A stretch of DNA of 64,000 nucleotides from assembly GCF_041260665.1 (NCBI RefSeq), contig NZ_JBGCCT010000019.1:59492-123491 (forward strand), in the 5' to 3' direction. Source of the DNA: Catenulispora sp. GP43 (GTDB lineage Bacteria; Actinomycetota; Actinomycetes; Streptomycetales; Catenulisporaceae). Positions 1-9,566 of this stretch are shown one piece after another. The translations under genes and the position numbers were made by a program. The stretch's first letter is position 1. Each line of letters opens with the position of its first letter. The notes beneath the pieces were generated by a model, which was not told where the DNA came from, did no database searches, and saw nothing but the letters and a program-made list of their open reading frames with translations.

Positions 1-558
1 TTGACACTCCCACAACAGGTCTGGATACGTCTCCCCGATTGTTACCAGCGCGCGCCTTCGCAGTGACTTCTCGGCGGCGGCTCGCCCGATTTGGCCGAAC
101 ATGCCCTCGATCGTCGCGTCGAAGCGCGTCAGCTCCTGCCGGAGGTAGTTCACTTTCCAGCGATTCAGGGTGTTGCGGTCGGCCCGCTGGGCGTGGAGCG
201 CGTCGCGGGGGTCGCTGTGCCGGACTGCGCGGTCGGTCAGGACGTCGGCGGACAGTCTGGGGATCGGCACTTCGTCGGCTACCAGGCGGAGCATCTCCTC
301 ACGGCGCCGGTCCCACGCCTCCCGGGCGGCCGTGGATCTGCGAGCCGCGAGTTTCAGGCGCTCCACGAACTTCGCGGTGCGCTCGGCGGCGACGACGCGC
401 CCGAGCGCGAATTGCAGCATCGGTGCGGCGTTGCGAAAGCGCGGGATGTACTCGGTGTGGTCCGGGCTTCCCAGGAAGTCGCGGATCATCGCCGGAGTCC
501 AGCCGCGGGCGGCGAGCTGCATGCCGTTGAGGTAGTCGTTGTCGGTGCGCGGAGCCAT
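1..558 (-). CDS. hypothetical protein (5' part; gene runs off window start)
   Basis: Minus-strand ORF not in the track because it has no stop inside the window. ATG at 556-558 is preceded by RBS AGGAGAAAGGGGG. Translation MAPRTDNDYLNGMQLAARGWTPAMIRDFLG... has coding-like GC3. Overlapping plus ORFs 39-624 are rejected. Confidence 0.5.
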   Translation of the reverse strand, partial: MAPRTDNDYLNGMQLAARGWTPAMIRDFLGSPDHTEYIPRFRNAAPMLQFALGRVVAAERTAKFVERLKLAARRSTAAREAWDRRREEMLRLVADEVPIPRLSADVLTDRAVRHSDPRDALHAQRADRNTLNRWKVNYLRQELTRFDATIEGMFGQIGRAAAEKSLRRRALVTIGETYPDLLWECQ

Positions 559-885
559 GGTGGCGCCCCCTTTCTCCTGTCCCCTCAGGAATCTGAAGGC
601 ACCAGGATGATTTGGGGCGAATAGTGCAGGCAAGTCAGAATGCGAATGATTCACCCGGTCGGCCGCATGATCCGGCGTGTCGCGGCGTGGAACGACTCGG
701 GCGCGCCGTGCGTTAACCGATCATGAGCGTTTTCTTCGACATGTTCGTCCCGAGCCGGCGCCACGTCGAGGACGAACGGAACCGGCTGGAATGGACCCGC
801 GACGAGGAGGGTGAGGGCGACCCGCACCGCGGTCCGATCGACCTGGACAGCGGCGTGGTCAGCATCAAACCCACTGGTCAGTCGG

Positions 886-1410
886 TCACCAGGCCAGCAC
901 CGCAGCGAACCCGCCACAGTGAGCCATAGCCTCCAGCTCGTCCAGCGAGGCCTCGGCCTGCCCGGCGGTCTCCGGCTCCCGCTCGCGCAGCCCGCTGTCC
1001 TCGAACTCGTCCTCGTCCAGGCGCAGGATCTGCGTGTGGTCGCAGGACAACCACAGGTCCAGGTCGAGGTCGGCAACCTCCAGGCGCGGACTGTCGGCGG
1101 AGTCGGCGAACACCACGGTGGGGCGGGTGACGTCGCAGTACCAGCCCTTGATCTTGCCGGTCCCGGTACGGACCTCCTTGATCGAGTACCAGCGGGAACG
1201 CCAGTAGTGCTCGGTCCAGATGTCACCCGGTTCGAACACGGCGAAGCCCATGTCGCGCGGGGCGTCGCCGAACCAGGGCGCGACGACCACGACGTGCTCG
1301 CCGTCGTCGTACCGGACCTCGGCCGGGTACTCGACGTCCGGCCGCGGCGCCTTCAGCAGGCGGACGTTGATGGTCGTTCCGGGCTTCAGCGTTGCGTTTC
1401 CGTCGCTCAC
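886..1410 (-). CDS. DUF402-like protein
   Basis: 174 aa. WYSIKEV...KGWYCDV...LDLDLW pattern typical of DUF402 nucleotide-binding proteins. GTG start with a GGGGAAAC RBS. Overlapping ORFs 651-1226(-) and 811-1491(+) look like GC-rich frame artefacts. Confidence 0.55.
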   Translation of the reverse strand: MSDGNATLKPGTTINVRLLKAPRPDVEYPAEVRYDDGEHVVVVAPWFGDAPRDMGFAVFEPGDIWTEHYWRSRWYSIKEVRTGTGKIKGWYCDVTRPTVVFADSADSPRLEVADLDLDLWLSCDHTQILRLDEDEFEDSGLREREPETAGQAEASLDELEAMAHCGGFAAVLAW

Positions 1411-1510
1411 GTTTCCCCATCATTCCAAAAACCGGTTCCCGCGGGTCGCGGTAAGTCCCGCTCCTCAGCGGGGATCGGTAACTTACGGTGAAGTAGGTTA
1501 GGGTCCTCCT

Positions 1511-2560
1511 GTGGCCGAACGCGAATACGTTTATCCCCCGGTGATCCGGGCTATGAAGGGTGCTTTCCGGGCGCTCGACCTGAAGGTCGACGTGCACGGG
1601 GCCGACCGGATCCCGCGCAGCGGCGGGGCGGTGTTGGCCAGCAACCACATCAGCTACCTGGACTTCATCTTCGCCGGGGCGGCTGCCTTGCCGGCCAAGC
1701 GCAAGGTGCGGTTCATGGCCAAGAAGGAGGTCTTCGACAACAAGATCTCCGGGCCGCTGATGCGGGGCATGCGCCACATCCCGGTGGACCGCGAGGCCGG
1801 ACTGTCGTCCTACCGCCAGGCTCTGGACTTCCTGAAGTCCGGAGAAATCGTCGGCGTGTTCGGCGAGGCCACGATCAGCCGGTCGTTCATGATCAAGGAC
1901 CTGAAGAACGGCGCCGTGCGCATGGCGCAGGCCGCCGACGTGCCGCTGATCCCGGTGGTGCTGTGGGGCACGCAGCGGATGTGGACCAAGGGCCGGCCCA
2001 AGCGGCTCTGGCAGCGGCACCTGCCGATCACGGTGCTGGTCGGCGAGCCGATGTACCCCAAGAAGGGGCAGAACTCGAACGAGCTGACCGCCGAGCTGCA
2101 CGCGCGGCTGAGCGCCCTGCTCGACGAGGCGCAGGCGAACTACCCGGACAAGCCCTCGGGCCCCGAGGACTCGTGGTGGCTGCCGGCGCACCTCGGCGGC
2201 ACCGCGCCAACGCTGGAGCAGGCGGCGGAGATGGACGCGCGCGGCCGCGGCGAGAACCCGGCCGAGGAAGCGGCTGCCGAGCCGGCGAAGGCCCAGGCTG
2301 CGGAACCCGCGAAGGACAAGGTCGCCGAGCCGGCGAAGGTCGAGGCTGAGGAACCGACGAAGGCCGAGGCGCCGAAGGAGGCCGAGGCCGTCGAGACCGA
2401 GGCGCCGACGAAGGTCGAGACCGCCGAGGAATCCGCGAAGACCGAGATTGTCGAGGCCGAGCAGCCGGCGGACGAATCAGGCGCGGAATCGGCTGCGGAG
2501 CCGGCTGGCGAACCCGCGAAGGAAACGGTCGCGGCCAAGGACACCGCCGAAGACGTCTGA
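1511..2560 (+). CDS. 1-acyl-sn-glycerol-3-phosphate acyltransferase-like (PlsC family) with acidic repetitive C-terminal tail
   Basis: NHxxxxD motif (NHISYLD) and the downstream GVFGEAT(R) block of lysophospholipid acyltransferases. C-terminal ~110 aa is AEPAK/EAE-rich low complexity. Confidence 0.8.
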   Translation: MAEREYVYPPVIRAMKGAFRALDLKVDVHGADRIPRSGGAVLASNHISYLDFIFAGAAALPAKRKVRFMAKKEVFDNKISGPLMRGMRHIPVDREAGLSSYRQALDFLKSGEIVGVFGEATISRSFMIKDLKNGAVRMAQAADVPLIPVVLWGTQRMWTKGRPKRLWQRHLPITVLVGEPMYPKKGQNSNELTAELHARLSALLDEAQANYPDKPSGPEDSWWLPAHLGGTAPTLEQAAEMDARGRGENPAEEAAAEPAKAQAAEPAKDKVAEPAKVEAEEPTKAEAPKEAEAVETEAPTKVETAEESAKTEIVEAEQPADESGAESAAEPAGEPAKETVAAKDTAEDV

Positions 2561-2580
2561 GGACGCGCGACCCACTGCGG

Positions 2581-3030
2581 GTGCCGGGCGGAACCGCTGA
2601 TTCCAGCTACCGTCGGCACCCGCCCGATCACCCAGTAAAGTCCCCTTTGACGTGCGATGAACTGGCACTTTACCGTCAACGCATGGATTTCCCGCCGTAC
2701 GATGACGCGCCCCCGCTGGCCTCCCCGTTGGCCGGCGTGGTGGCCGCGTTCATGCCGCGCCTGGCCGAGTTCGCATTCGATCCCGGCCTGCTCGCGGCGA
2801 TCGACCAGCACGCGGCGGCGGTCTGCGACACCCTCAGCATGGACACGTCCGAAGTCCTCGTCCCCAAGCAGCGCACCGTCGCCCGCGAGGACCTGAGCGA
2901 CTACGTGCTCGGTTTCAAGGACGTGCTGACCGAGACCGGCTGGGAAGAGCCGGTCGGCTACGACTTCGCCACCCTGCGCCTGACCGCCATCTGCTGGTTG
3001 GTGCGTGAGCAGGACCTGCTGGCGTTCTGA
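2581..3030 (+). CDS. hypothetical protein
   Basis: 149-aa ORF with coding-like composition and no recognisable motif. Start uncertain (alternative ATG at 2684). Confidence 0.35.
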   Translation: MPGGTADSSYRRHPPDHPVKSPLTCDELALYRQRMDFPPYDDAPPLASPLAGVVAAFMPRLAEFAFDPGLLAAIDQHAAAVCDTLSMDTSEVLVPKQRTVAREDLSDYVLGFKDVLTETGWEEPVGYDFATLRLTAICWLVREQDLLAF

Positions 3031-3086
3031 GACCGGCCGGGCGGCCCACGGATAGCCAAGCACGAGCCCATCGGACAGGATCGAGT

Positions 3087-3473
3087 ATGCGATCCCGACG
3101 TGCGGGCATGTGGTGGGGCACCGCGATCGAGGCACCCGACCCCGCCGCCCTGGCCCGTTTCTACTCCGCGCTGCTGGACTGGCCCATCGGCCATGAGGAA
3201 CCCGGCACCGCTATCGTCGCGGCCTCGCCCGAGGGCCCGTACTTCGTCTTCCAGCAGGCCGACGGATTCCGTCCGCCGGTGTGGCCGCCGGTCGAGGGCG
3301 AGCAGCGGCCGATGATGCATCTCGACTTCCAAGTGGGTGACCTGGACGAGGCCGTGGCCGAAGCGGTCGCGTTGGGCGCTACGCTCGCCGCGCATCAGCC
3401 ACAGGAGAACGTGCGGGTGCTCTTCGACCCGGCCGGGCACCCGTTCTGCCTGTGCCGCGACGGCGACGGCTAG
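3087..3473 (+). CDS. VOC/glyoxalase-bleomycin resistance family protein
   Basis: ~125 aa. Residues (H..E..H..E pattern, FVFQQADGF, MHLDFQV) fit the vicinal oxygen chelate fold. Alternative start at 3108. Confidence 0.65.
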   Translation: MRSRRAGMWWGTAIEAPDPAALARFYSALLDWPIGHEEPGTAIVAASPEGPYFVFQQADGFRPPVWPPVEGEQRPMMHLDFQVGDLDEAVAEAVALGATLAAHQPQENVRVLFDPAGHPFCLCRDGDG

Positions 3474-4141
3474 CCCTTCGACCCGGTTCCAGAGCCGGAG
3501 TCGGACACGGACCCAGGCCCGGACCCGGACCCGCTGATCGAACCAATCCCGCCGATCCCGCCCCACCCCTTCTCCAGCACGGCGAACGCCACCTCGACCG
3601 TGCCCTTCGGGTCCTTACTGGCGCGGGCCAATGACGCGGTTTCCAGCGCGAAGTGCGCGAGGACCGCACACGCGGTGTCGTCCGGCGCCGCCCCGACCTC
3701 GACGGCGATCGCCGCCGCGAGCGCCCCCTCGTGGCGCATCCACATCCGGTGCCAGTACTCGCGCAGCACCGGCGTGTCCTCAACCAGGCGGCTATACGCC
3801 GCGAAGGCCTCGTCCTCGATGGGGAACTTCAGCCGCTCCAGGGTCAGCGCACGCAACGCCTCCAGGATGGACGTTCCCGGAGTCCGCTCGCGCACCGCCG
3901 CGACCAACTGGGCCTCGATCTGCGCGTCCTCGTCGAAGACCAGCGCTTCCTTGCCGGTGAAGTGCTTGAACAACGTCGTCGTGGAGACGTCGGCGGCGTC
4001 GGCGATCTCCCGGATCGACACCTGGTCGTAGCCGCGTTCCAAGAACAGGGCCAGCGCGGCGTCGGCGATGGCCTGGCGGGTGGCCGCCTTCTTCCGCTCG
4101 CGCCGTCCGGGTTGCTGGGATTCTGCTTCGCTGCCGGTCAC
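3470..4141 (-). CDS. TetR/AcrR family transcriptional regulator (Gly/Ser-rich C-terminal tail)
   Basis: N-terminal HTH signature KKAATRQAIADAALALFLERGYDQVSIREIADAADVSTTTLFKHF. C-terminus GIGGIGSISGSGSGPGSVSDSGSG is low complexity. Divergent to the MFS gene at 4223. Confidence 0.85.
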   Translation of the reverse strand: MTGSEAESQQPGRRERKKAATRQAIADAALALFLERGYDQVSIREIADAADVSTTTLFKHFTGKEALVFDEDAQIEAQLVAAVRERTPGTSILEALRALTLERLKFPIEDEAFAAYSRLVEDTPVLREYWHRMWMRHEGALAAAIAVEVGAAPDDTACAVLAHFALETASLARASKDPKGTVEVAFAVLEKGWGGIGGIGSISGSGSGPGSVSDSGSGTGSKG

Positions 4142-4222
4142 GGCTCCATCCTAAAGCCACGGTGAACTCGATGGCAAAGTTGACTCGTTGCACTTTTGAA
4201 ATGAGTGTGCTTTTCTGAGGCC

Positions 4223-5698
4223 ATGTCCACCACACCTGCTCCGCCCCACCCCGACGCCGCCCCGCGCCACGTGCGCTGGGCCCTGCTCGGCGTCATGCTC
4301 GCGATGCTGCTCTCCATGCTCGACAACACGGTCGTGGGCACCTCGATGCCGACGATCGTCCGCGAGCTGGGAGGGTTCGACCACCTGTCGTGGGTCGTCG
4401 TCGCCTACACCCTGGCCACCGCCGCCTCGACCCCGGTCTGGGGCAAACTCGGCGACTTGTACGGCCGCAAGCACGTCTACCTGGCCTCGATCGTCCTGTT
4501 CCTGGCCGGCTCCGCGCTGTCCGGCGCCGCACAGTCGATGAGCTGGCTGATCGCGGCGCGCGCCTTCCAGGGCATCGGCGCCGGTGGGATCGGCGCGGGC
4601 GCGTTCGCGCTCATCGCTGCCCTGGTGCCACCACGGGAGCGTGGCCGCTACCAGGGCATGACCGCCTCGGTCATGGCGATCGGGACCATCGGCGGGCCGC
4701 TGCTCGGCGGGTTCGTCACCGGGCACTTCGGCTGGCGGTGGGCGTTCTACCTGAACCTGCCGCTGGGCCTGCTGGCGCTGGTCTGGTGCCAGGTCATGCT
4801 CGACCTGCCGGTGGTACGCCGACGGGCCCGGATCGACTGGGCCGGCATCAGCCTGCTGACCCTGGTGATCACGTCCGTCACGCTCGCCGCCAACTGGGCC
4901 GGGACCACCTACTCGTGGGCGTCCTGGCAGGTGATCGGGCTGTTCGCGCTCGCGGCGGCCGGCGTCGGCGCCTTCATCGCGATTGAGCGCCGCTGTCCGG
5001 AGCCGGTCCTGCCGCCGCGGGTGTTCACCGGCCAGCGCAACTTCCCGCTCGCCATCGCCCTGATCACCGCCTCGGGCGTGGTCATGTTCGGTGCCTCGCT
5101 CTACCTCCCGTTGTTCCAACAGAGCGTGCAGCACGCCACGGCGACCAGTTCCGGGCTGCTCCTGCTGCCGATGATGATCCCGATCGTCATCGTCTCCCAG
5201 CTCGGCGGGCGCTACATGTCGGCCACCGGCCGCTACAAGATCTTCCCGGTCCTCGGCGCGGCACTGATGGCCGTGGGGCTGATCCTGCTGTCGACCATGG
5301 ACCCGTCCACCTCCCGTACGGCTACGAGTCTGTACATGGCGATCGTCGGGGTCGGGCTCGGCGCGCAGATGCAGATGGTCACGACCATCGCGCAGAACAG
5401 CGTCGAGATGCGCGACATGGGTGCCGCCTCGGCGAGCCTGAACCTGTTCCGCACGGTGGGAGGGTCGATCGGGGTGGCGGTGTTCGGCTCGTTGTACAAC
5501 CGGCAGGTGAGCCATGAGGCTTCGGCCGTGCAAGGCGTTGCGAACGGCTCGCACCTGATCTTCCTGATCACGGGCCTGGTCTGCGCGGTCGCGTTCACGG
5601 CCGCGCTGGCAATCAAGGAAGTGCCGCTGCGCAAGGCGACGGGTCCCGGCGTCACACCGGCCGGCTCGCCGGCGCTGGCCGACCGGGGCGCACGCTGA
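4223..5698 (+). CDS. MFS transporter, DHA2 (EmrB/QacA, 14-TMS) family
   Basis: Repeated hydrophobic helices. MFS motif A (GKLGDLYGRKHV) after TM2. ~490 aa, typical of 14-TMS drug:H+ antiporters. Divergently paired with the TetR gene. Confidence 0.85.
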   Translation: MSTTPAPPHPDAAPRHVRWALLGVMLAMLLSMLDNTVVGTSMPTIVRELGGFDHLSWVVVAYTLATAASTPVWGKLGDLYGRKHVYLASIVLFLAGSALSGAAQSMSWLIAARAFQGIGAGGIGAGAFALIAALVPPRERGRYQGMTASVMAIGTIGGPLLGGFVTGHFGWRWAFYLNLPLGLLALVWCQVMLDLPVVRRRARIDWAGISLLTLVITSVTLAANWAGTTYSWASWQVIGLFALAAAGVGAFIAIERRCPEPVLPPRVFTGQRNFPLAIALITASGVVMFGASLYLPLFQQSVQHATATSSGLLLLPMMIPIVIVSQLGGRYMSATGRYKIFPVLGAALMAVGLILLSTMDPSTSRTATSLYMAIVGVGLGAQMQMVTTIAQNSVEMRDMGAASASLNLFRTVGGSIGVAVFGSLYNRQVSHEASAVQGVANGSHLIFLITGLVCAVAFTAALAIKEVPLRKATGPGVTPAGSPALADRGAR

Positions 5699-5839
5699 CC
5701 GCACGGCTACAGCTACAGCTAGAACTAGAACCTGGGACTAGAACCAGAGCTACAACGACGAACTCCAGGGCGCGGGCCCGATCTCGCCGGACCCGCACCC
5801 TGGCGTTCCCTGTGCCGGCTCCTCGCCGACCTCAGCGCG

Positions 5840-6658
5840 TCATGCCGTCGTACCGGGCTCCCGGCCGTATGGCATGTTCGTCTGGGTGGACCCCTGCGTG
5901 TCGGAGGGCTGCCCGGCGCGGGCGTCGGCGCGGCCCTTCTGGTACGCCAGCGCGTTCTGCTGCACCGAGGCCTGCACCCGGGTCGTCTCGGCCTCGGCCT
6001 TGGTCAGCATGCGCTCCCAGCGGGACCGCATCGGTTGGATCAGGCCGCCGCCGATGCCGACGATCGCGATGCCGGCCATGGTGAACAGCACCGCGTTCAG
6101 GATCGGGCCCAGGACGAAGGTGGCGACGCCGATCTGCGACAGCGCCGCGATGGCACCGATGAAGGCGATGAACGACCAGGCCACCCAGCCCAGCAGCCGT
6201 CCGTAGGAGGCCGCGGACAGGACGTTGGTGATGAACTCGCGGGCCACGTTCGCCAGCCACATGGCCACGACGACGATGACCAGCGCGACGATCGCCTTGG
6301 GGATCCAGGCCACCACGCTGTGGATCATGGTGCTGATCGGGTTGGGCCCGAACACGCCCAGCGCCAACTGCAAGAACACCAGCAGCAGGCCGTAGTAGAC
6401 GACCTTGACCAGGATGGTGGTGGTGTCCCACTTGGAGTTCGCCAGGACCCGGCCCGCGCCGGCCTTCTCGGCCATCCGCTCCACGCCGATCCGGCGCAGC
6501 AGCGCGTCCAGCAGCTTGGCGATCACCCGGCAGATCAGCCAGCCGATGAGCATGATCACGGCGAACGCGATCAGCTTCGGGATGATGCGCGTGACCGAGG
6601 TCCAGGCGTCCGTGATGCCCGAGCCCCAGTCGACCGATAGTGCGAGTCTCGGTCCCAT
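5840..6658 (-). CDS. conserved membrane protein with TM-helix repeats (PF05552-like, CmpX-type)
   Basis: Four hydrophobic helices arranged as repeats, then a polar C-terminal tail. ATG preceded by GGAGGAA. The overlapping 455-aa antisense ORF 5832-7199 is rejected. Confidence 0.65.
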   Translation of the reverse strand: MGPRLALSVDWGSGITDAWTSVTRIIPKLIAFAVIMLIGWLICRVIAKLLDALLRRIGVERMAEKAGAGRVLANSKWDTTTILVKVVYYGLLLVFLQLALGVFGPNPISTMIHSVVAWIPKAIVALVIVVVAMWLANVAREFITNVLSAASYGRLLGWVAWSFIAFIGAIAALSQIGVATFVLGPILNAVLFTMAGIAIVGIGGGLIQPMRSRWERMLTKAEAETTRVQASVQQNALAYQKGRADARAGQPSDTQGSTQTNMPYGREPGTTA

Positions 6659-6938
6659 GTAGGTTCCTCCATCGATGCGGTGACGGGGCAGATCCCCACA
6701 ACGTTGGTAACACCCGTATTTTGACGCCGCACTTCAGAAGCCGGGTCACAGTACTCCGGTCAGGTGTCAGGAGTGACGGCCACCCGAGTGTGTGTTCGAA
6801 TTCGACGGCCCTGCGGTAGCACAGTGACGTGATTCGGGGGCAGCACCAGCCACGTTGCCAATATCGCGCCGCGTGCCGGCGGCCCAGACTTGACTGTGGC
6901 TTCTGTCCGGCCGCGCAGTACGTACTCCTGGAGGACCG

Positions 6939-8603
6939 GTGACCCGATCGTCGTTCGCAGATCTCGTCTTCACCGGCGGCCCGTGCTACACCGTGGACCC
7001 GGCGCGCTCGTGGGCCGGGGCGGTGGCCGTCGCCGGCGGGCGGATCGCCGCGGTCGGACGGCCCGCCGACGTCGAAGACCTGATCGGGCCGGACACCGAG
7101 GTCGTCGACCTGACCGGCAAGCTGCTGCTGCCCGGCTTCCAGGACGCCCACGTCCACCCCGTCCTCGGCGGTACCACCTTGCGGCTGTGCGACCTGCACG
7201 AACTACACACCGCCAAGGAGTACCTCGACGCCGTCGCCGACTATGCGCGCCGCAACCCACAGGCTCCGTGGATCCGCGGGGGCGGATGGAGCCTGGAGGC
7301 CTTCCCCGGCGGTATGCCGACCAGGCAGATGCTGGACGCGGTCGTCCCGGACCGGCCGGTTGCACTGCCGAACCGCGACGCCCACGGCATGTGGGTCAAC
7401 AGCAAGGCGCTGGAGATGTGCGGGATCACCCGCGACACCCCGGACCCGTTCGACGGCCGGATCGAGCGCGACCCAGACGGCGAGCCCACCGGGTGCCTTC
7501 AGGAAGGGGCGATGGCACTGGTCGACCGGCACCTGCCGGTCCCCACGCGGCAGGAGTTGGCCGACGGCCTGCTGGCCGGCCAGGCGTACCTGCACTCGTT
7601 CGGGATCACCGCCTGGCAGGACGCGTGGGTCGGCACCGGCCTGGGCATCGGCGACGTCTTCGAGACCTACCGCGACGCCGAGGCCCGCGGCGTCCTGACG
7701 GCACGGGTCGCCGGGGCACTGTGGTGGGAGCGCGATGGCGGCCTGGAGCAGCTGGAGCTGTTCCGGAAGCGCCGCGCGGCGGCGGGGACGGGACGTTTCA
7801 GGGCCCGCACGGTGAAGATGATGCTCGACGGCGTCGCCGAGAACCACACCGCCGCGCTCCTGGACCCCTACCTGGACCGCTGCGGGTGCACCACCGACAA
7901 CGCCGGCCTGGACTTCATCGACCCGGACGCGCTCAAGACCTACGTCACCGCCCTGGACGCCGCCGGCTTCCAGGTCCACTTCCATGCACTAGGCGACCGC
8001 GCTGTCCGCAACACCCTGGACGCGCTGGAGGCGGCGCGCGCCGCGAACGGCGCCGGTGGCCGTCACCACCTGGCGCACCCGCAGGTCGTGCACCCGGACG
8101 ACGTCGCGCGGTTCCGCCGGCTCGGTGCGACGGCGAACATCCAGCCGCTGTGGGCTGCGCATGAGCCGGCGATGGATGAGCTGACCATCCCGTTCTTGGG
8201 CGAGGAGCGTGCCGCGTGGCAGTACCCGTTCGGCTCGCTCAGCCGTGCGGGGGCGACCCTGGCGGCCGGCTCGGACTGGTCGGTGAGTTCGCCGAACCCG
8301 CTGTGGGGCATCCACACGGCGGTGAACCGGGTGGAACCGGGCTTGTCGGAGCAGGAGTTCGTGGCGCGCAAGGTGTTCTATCCGGAGGAGCGGCTGGAGT
8401 TGGGCCAGGCGGTCGCGGCGTACACTGCCGGGTCGGCGTACCTGAACCAGCTGGACACGCTGGCCGGCTCGATCGAGGTCGGCAAGTTCGCCGACCTGGT
8501 GGTGCTGGACCGGGATCCGTTCGACGGGCCCGTGCACGGGATCGGCGAGGCGCGGGTGCTTCGGACGTTCGTGGAGGGCGCACGGGTGTTCGCCTCCGAA
8601 TAA
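6939..8603 (+). CDS. amidohydrolase family protein (Amidohydro_3 / YtcJ-like metal-dependent hydrolase)
   Basis: N-terminal beta-sandwich (ADLVFTGG...VDP...IAAVG), HVHPV metal-binding His pair, ~550 aa TIM-barrel hydrolase architecture. Confidence 0.85.
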   Translation: MTRSSFADLVFTGGPCYTVDPARSWAGAVAVAGGRIAAVGRPADVEDLIGPDTEVVDLTGKLLLPGFQDAHVHPVLGGTTLRLCDLHELHTAKEYLDAVADYARRNPQAPWIRGGGWSLEAFPGGMPTRQMLDAVVPDRPVALPNRDAHGMWVNSKALEMCGITRDTPDPFDGRIERDPDGEPTGCLQEGAMALVDRHLPVPTRQELADGLLAGQAYLHSFGITAWQDAWVGTGLGIGDVFETYRDAEARGVLTARVAGALWWERDGGLEQLELFRKRRAAAGTGRFRARTVKMMLDGVAENHTAALLDPYLDRCGCTTDNAGLDFIDPDALKTYVTALDAAGFQVHFHALGDRAVRNTLDALEAARAANGAGGRHHLAHPQVVHPDDVARFRRLGATANIQPLWAAHEPAMDELTIPFLGEERAAWQYPFGSLSRAGATLAAGSDWSVSSPNPLWGIHTAVNRVEPGLSEQEFVARKVFYPEERLELGQAVAAYTAGSAYLNQLDTLAGSIEVGKFADLVVLDRDPFDGPVHGIGEARVLRTFVEGARVFASE

Positions 8604-8643
8604 GGGGGAAGGCACGTCGATCACGCAGTCGTATGCTCCGGAC

Positions 8644-8994
8644 ATGCACAGCACCTTGACCGAGCACGCCCGGTGCCTCTACGGAGACGAGTACCGGCCG
8701 ACTCCAGAGTGCAGCCAGCAGAACAAGCATTCCGACGCCTATTTCGTCGAGGAGCTGACCTTCGCCGGCGCCGACGCGATCCTGGCCATGCTGCACGAGT
8801 TGTCCCCGCGGCTGTTCGACGGCTATTTGCCGATCTGGATCCGGAACCTGTCGTATCGGCTGTTACTGCTTCAGCGGCCCGACGATCCGGCGCTGATGCG
8901 GGAAGCCGCCGCGAGTCTGCTGCTGCACGGTCCGGACTGGGACGACATCGCCACCGATCTTCAGCGGCGGGCCGACGCGTTGGACGCCGACTGA
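8644..8994 (+). CDS. hypothetical protein
   Basis: 116-aa ORF with coding-like periodicity and no motif. Convergent with 9065-9535. Confidence 0.4.
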   Translation: MHSTLTEHARCLYGDEYRPTPECSQQNKHSDAYFVEELTFAGADAILAMLHELSPRLFDGYLPIWIRNLSYRLLLLQRPDDPALMREAAASLLLHGPDWDDIATDLQRRADALDAD

Positions 8995-9064
8995 TCTTCG
9001 GGCCGGGCCTGGATGTCGCTTGCTAGTGCTCCAGCTCCGGCTTCGGTCCTTGGTCCAGTCGTTG

Positions 9065-9535
9065 CTACGGTCGTTGCTCGGGGCAGTCGGCCGGAACCCA
9101 CCGTGCATCCAGGTCCTCACACACGATGGTCACGGTGCCGGTGTGACACGCGATCTCGTGGCTGCACCCGAGGTCATGGGGCAGGATCTCGTCCAGGACG
9201 ACGGTCTGCCCGCCCCACTTGTCCGCGGGATCGTTGACCATCTTCAGTGTGCTGAGGCCGCGGTAGGTGATCCGCAGGTCCTCCTCGTGCTTCCAGCAGT
9301 TGTGGCGCAAGAGGACCTCGAGGGTGGCGCCGTTGTCGTCGGTGCCGAAGCGGAGCGTGTCGATCGTCAGGTCCTTGACGCAGCGCTCGCCGACGAAGTC
9401 GTAGTGGTCCGGGTCGGTAGCGAAGGCGCGGGCGCCAGGTGGTAGCTCCGGGGCAAGCTCGGACAGCTGATCCAGGTAGACCAAGGGGTTGATCAGGTTC
9501 CCCTGGTCGGTCACCTGGATGTCGACGAATCTCAC
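9065..9535 (-). CDS. hypothetical protein
   Basis: 156-aa ORF starting MRFVDIQV. No recognisable catalytic motif. Start context acceptable. Confidence 0.45.
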   Translation of the reverse strand: MRFVDIQVTDQGNLINPLVYLDQLSELAPELPPGARAFATDPDHYDFVGERCVKDLTIDTLRFGTDDNGATLEVLLRHNCWKHEEDLRITYRGLSTLKMVNDPADKWGGQTVVLDEILPHDLGCSHEIACHTGTVTIVCEDLDARWVPADCPEQRP

Positions 9536-9566
9536 TGGCTGCTCCCTGTCGTCCTGCCGGCCATTT

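Noticed and set aside
39-624. Three overlapping plus-strand ORFs at the window start
   Set aside because: The minus-strand frame has a strong RBS plus ATG at 558 and protein-like sequence. The plus ORFs are typical GC-rich antisense artefacts.
4151-5704. 517-aa minus-strand ORF antisense to the MFS transporter
   Set aside because: Arg/Gly/Asp-rich with no hydrophobic-core pattern. The same holds for antisense ORFs 5832-7199, 15190-16578, 52225-54060 and 53846-56977. The sense-strand genes have clear family motifs.
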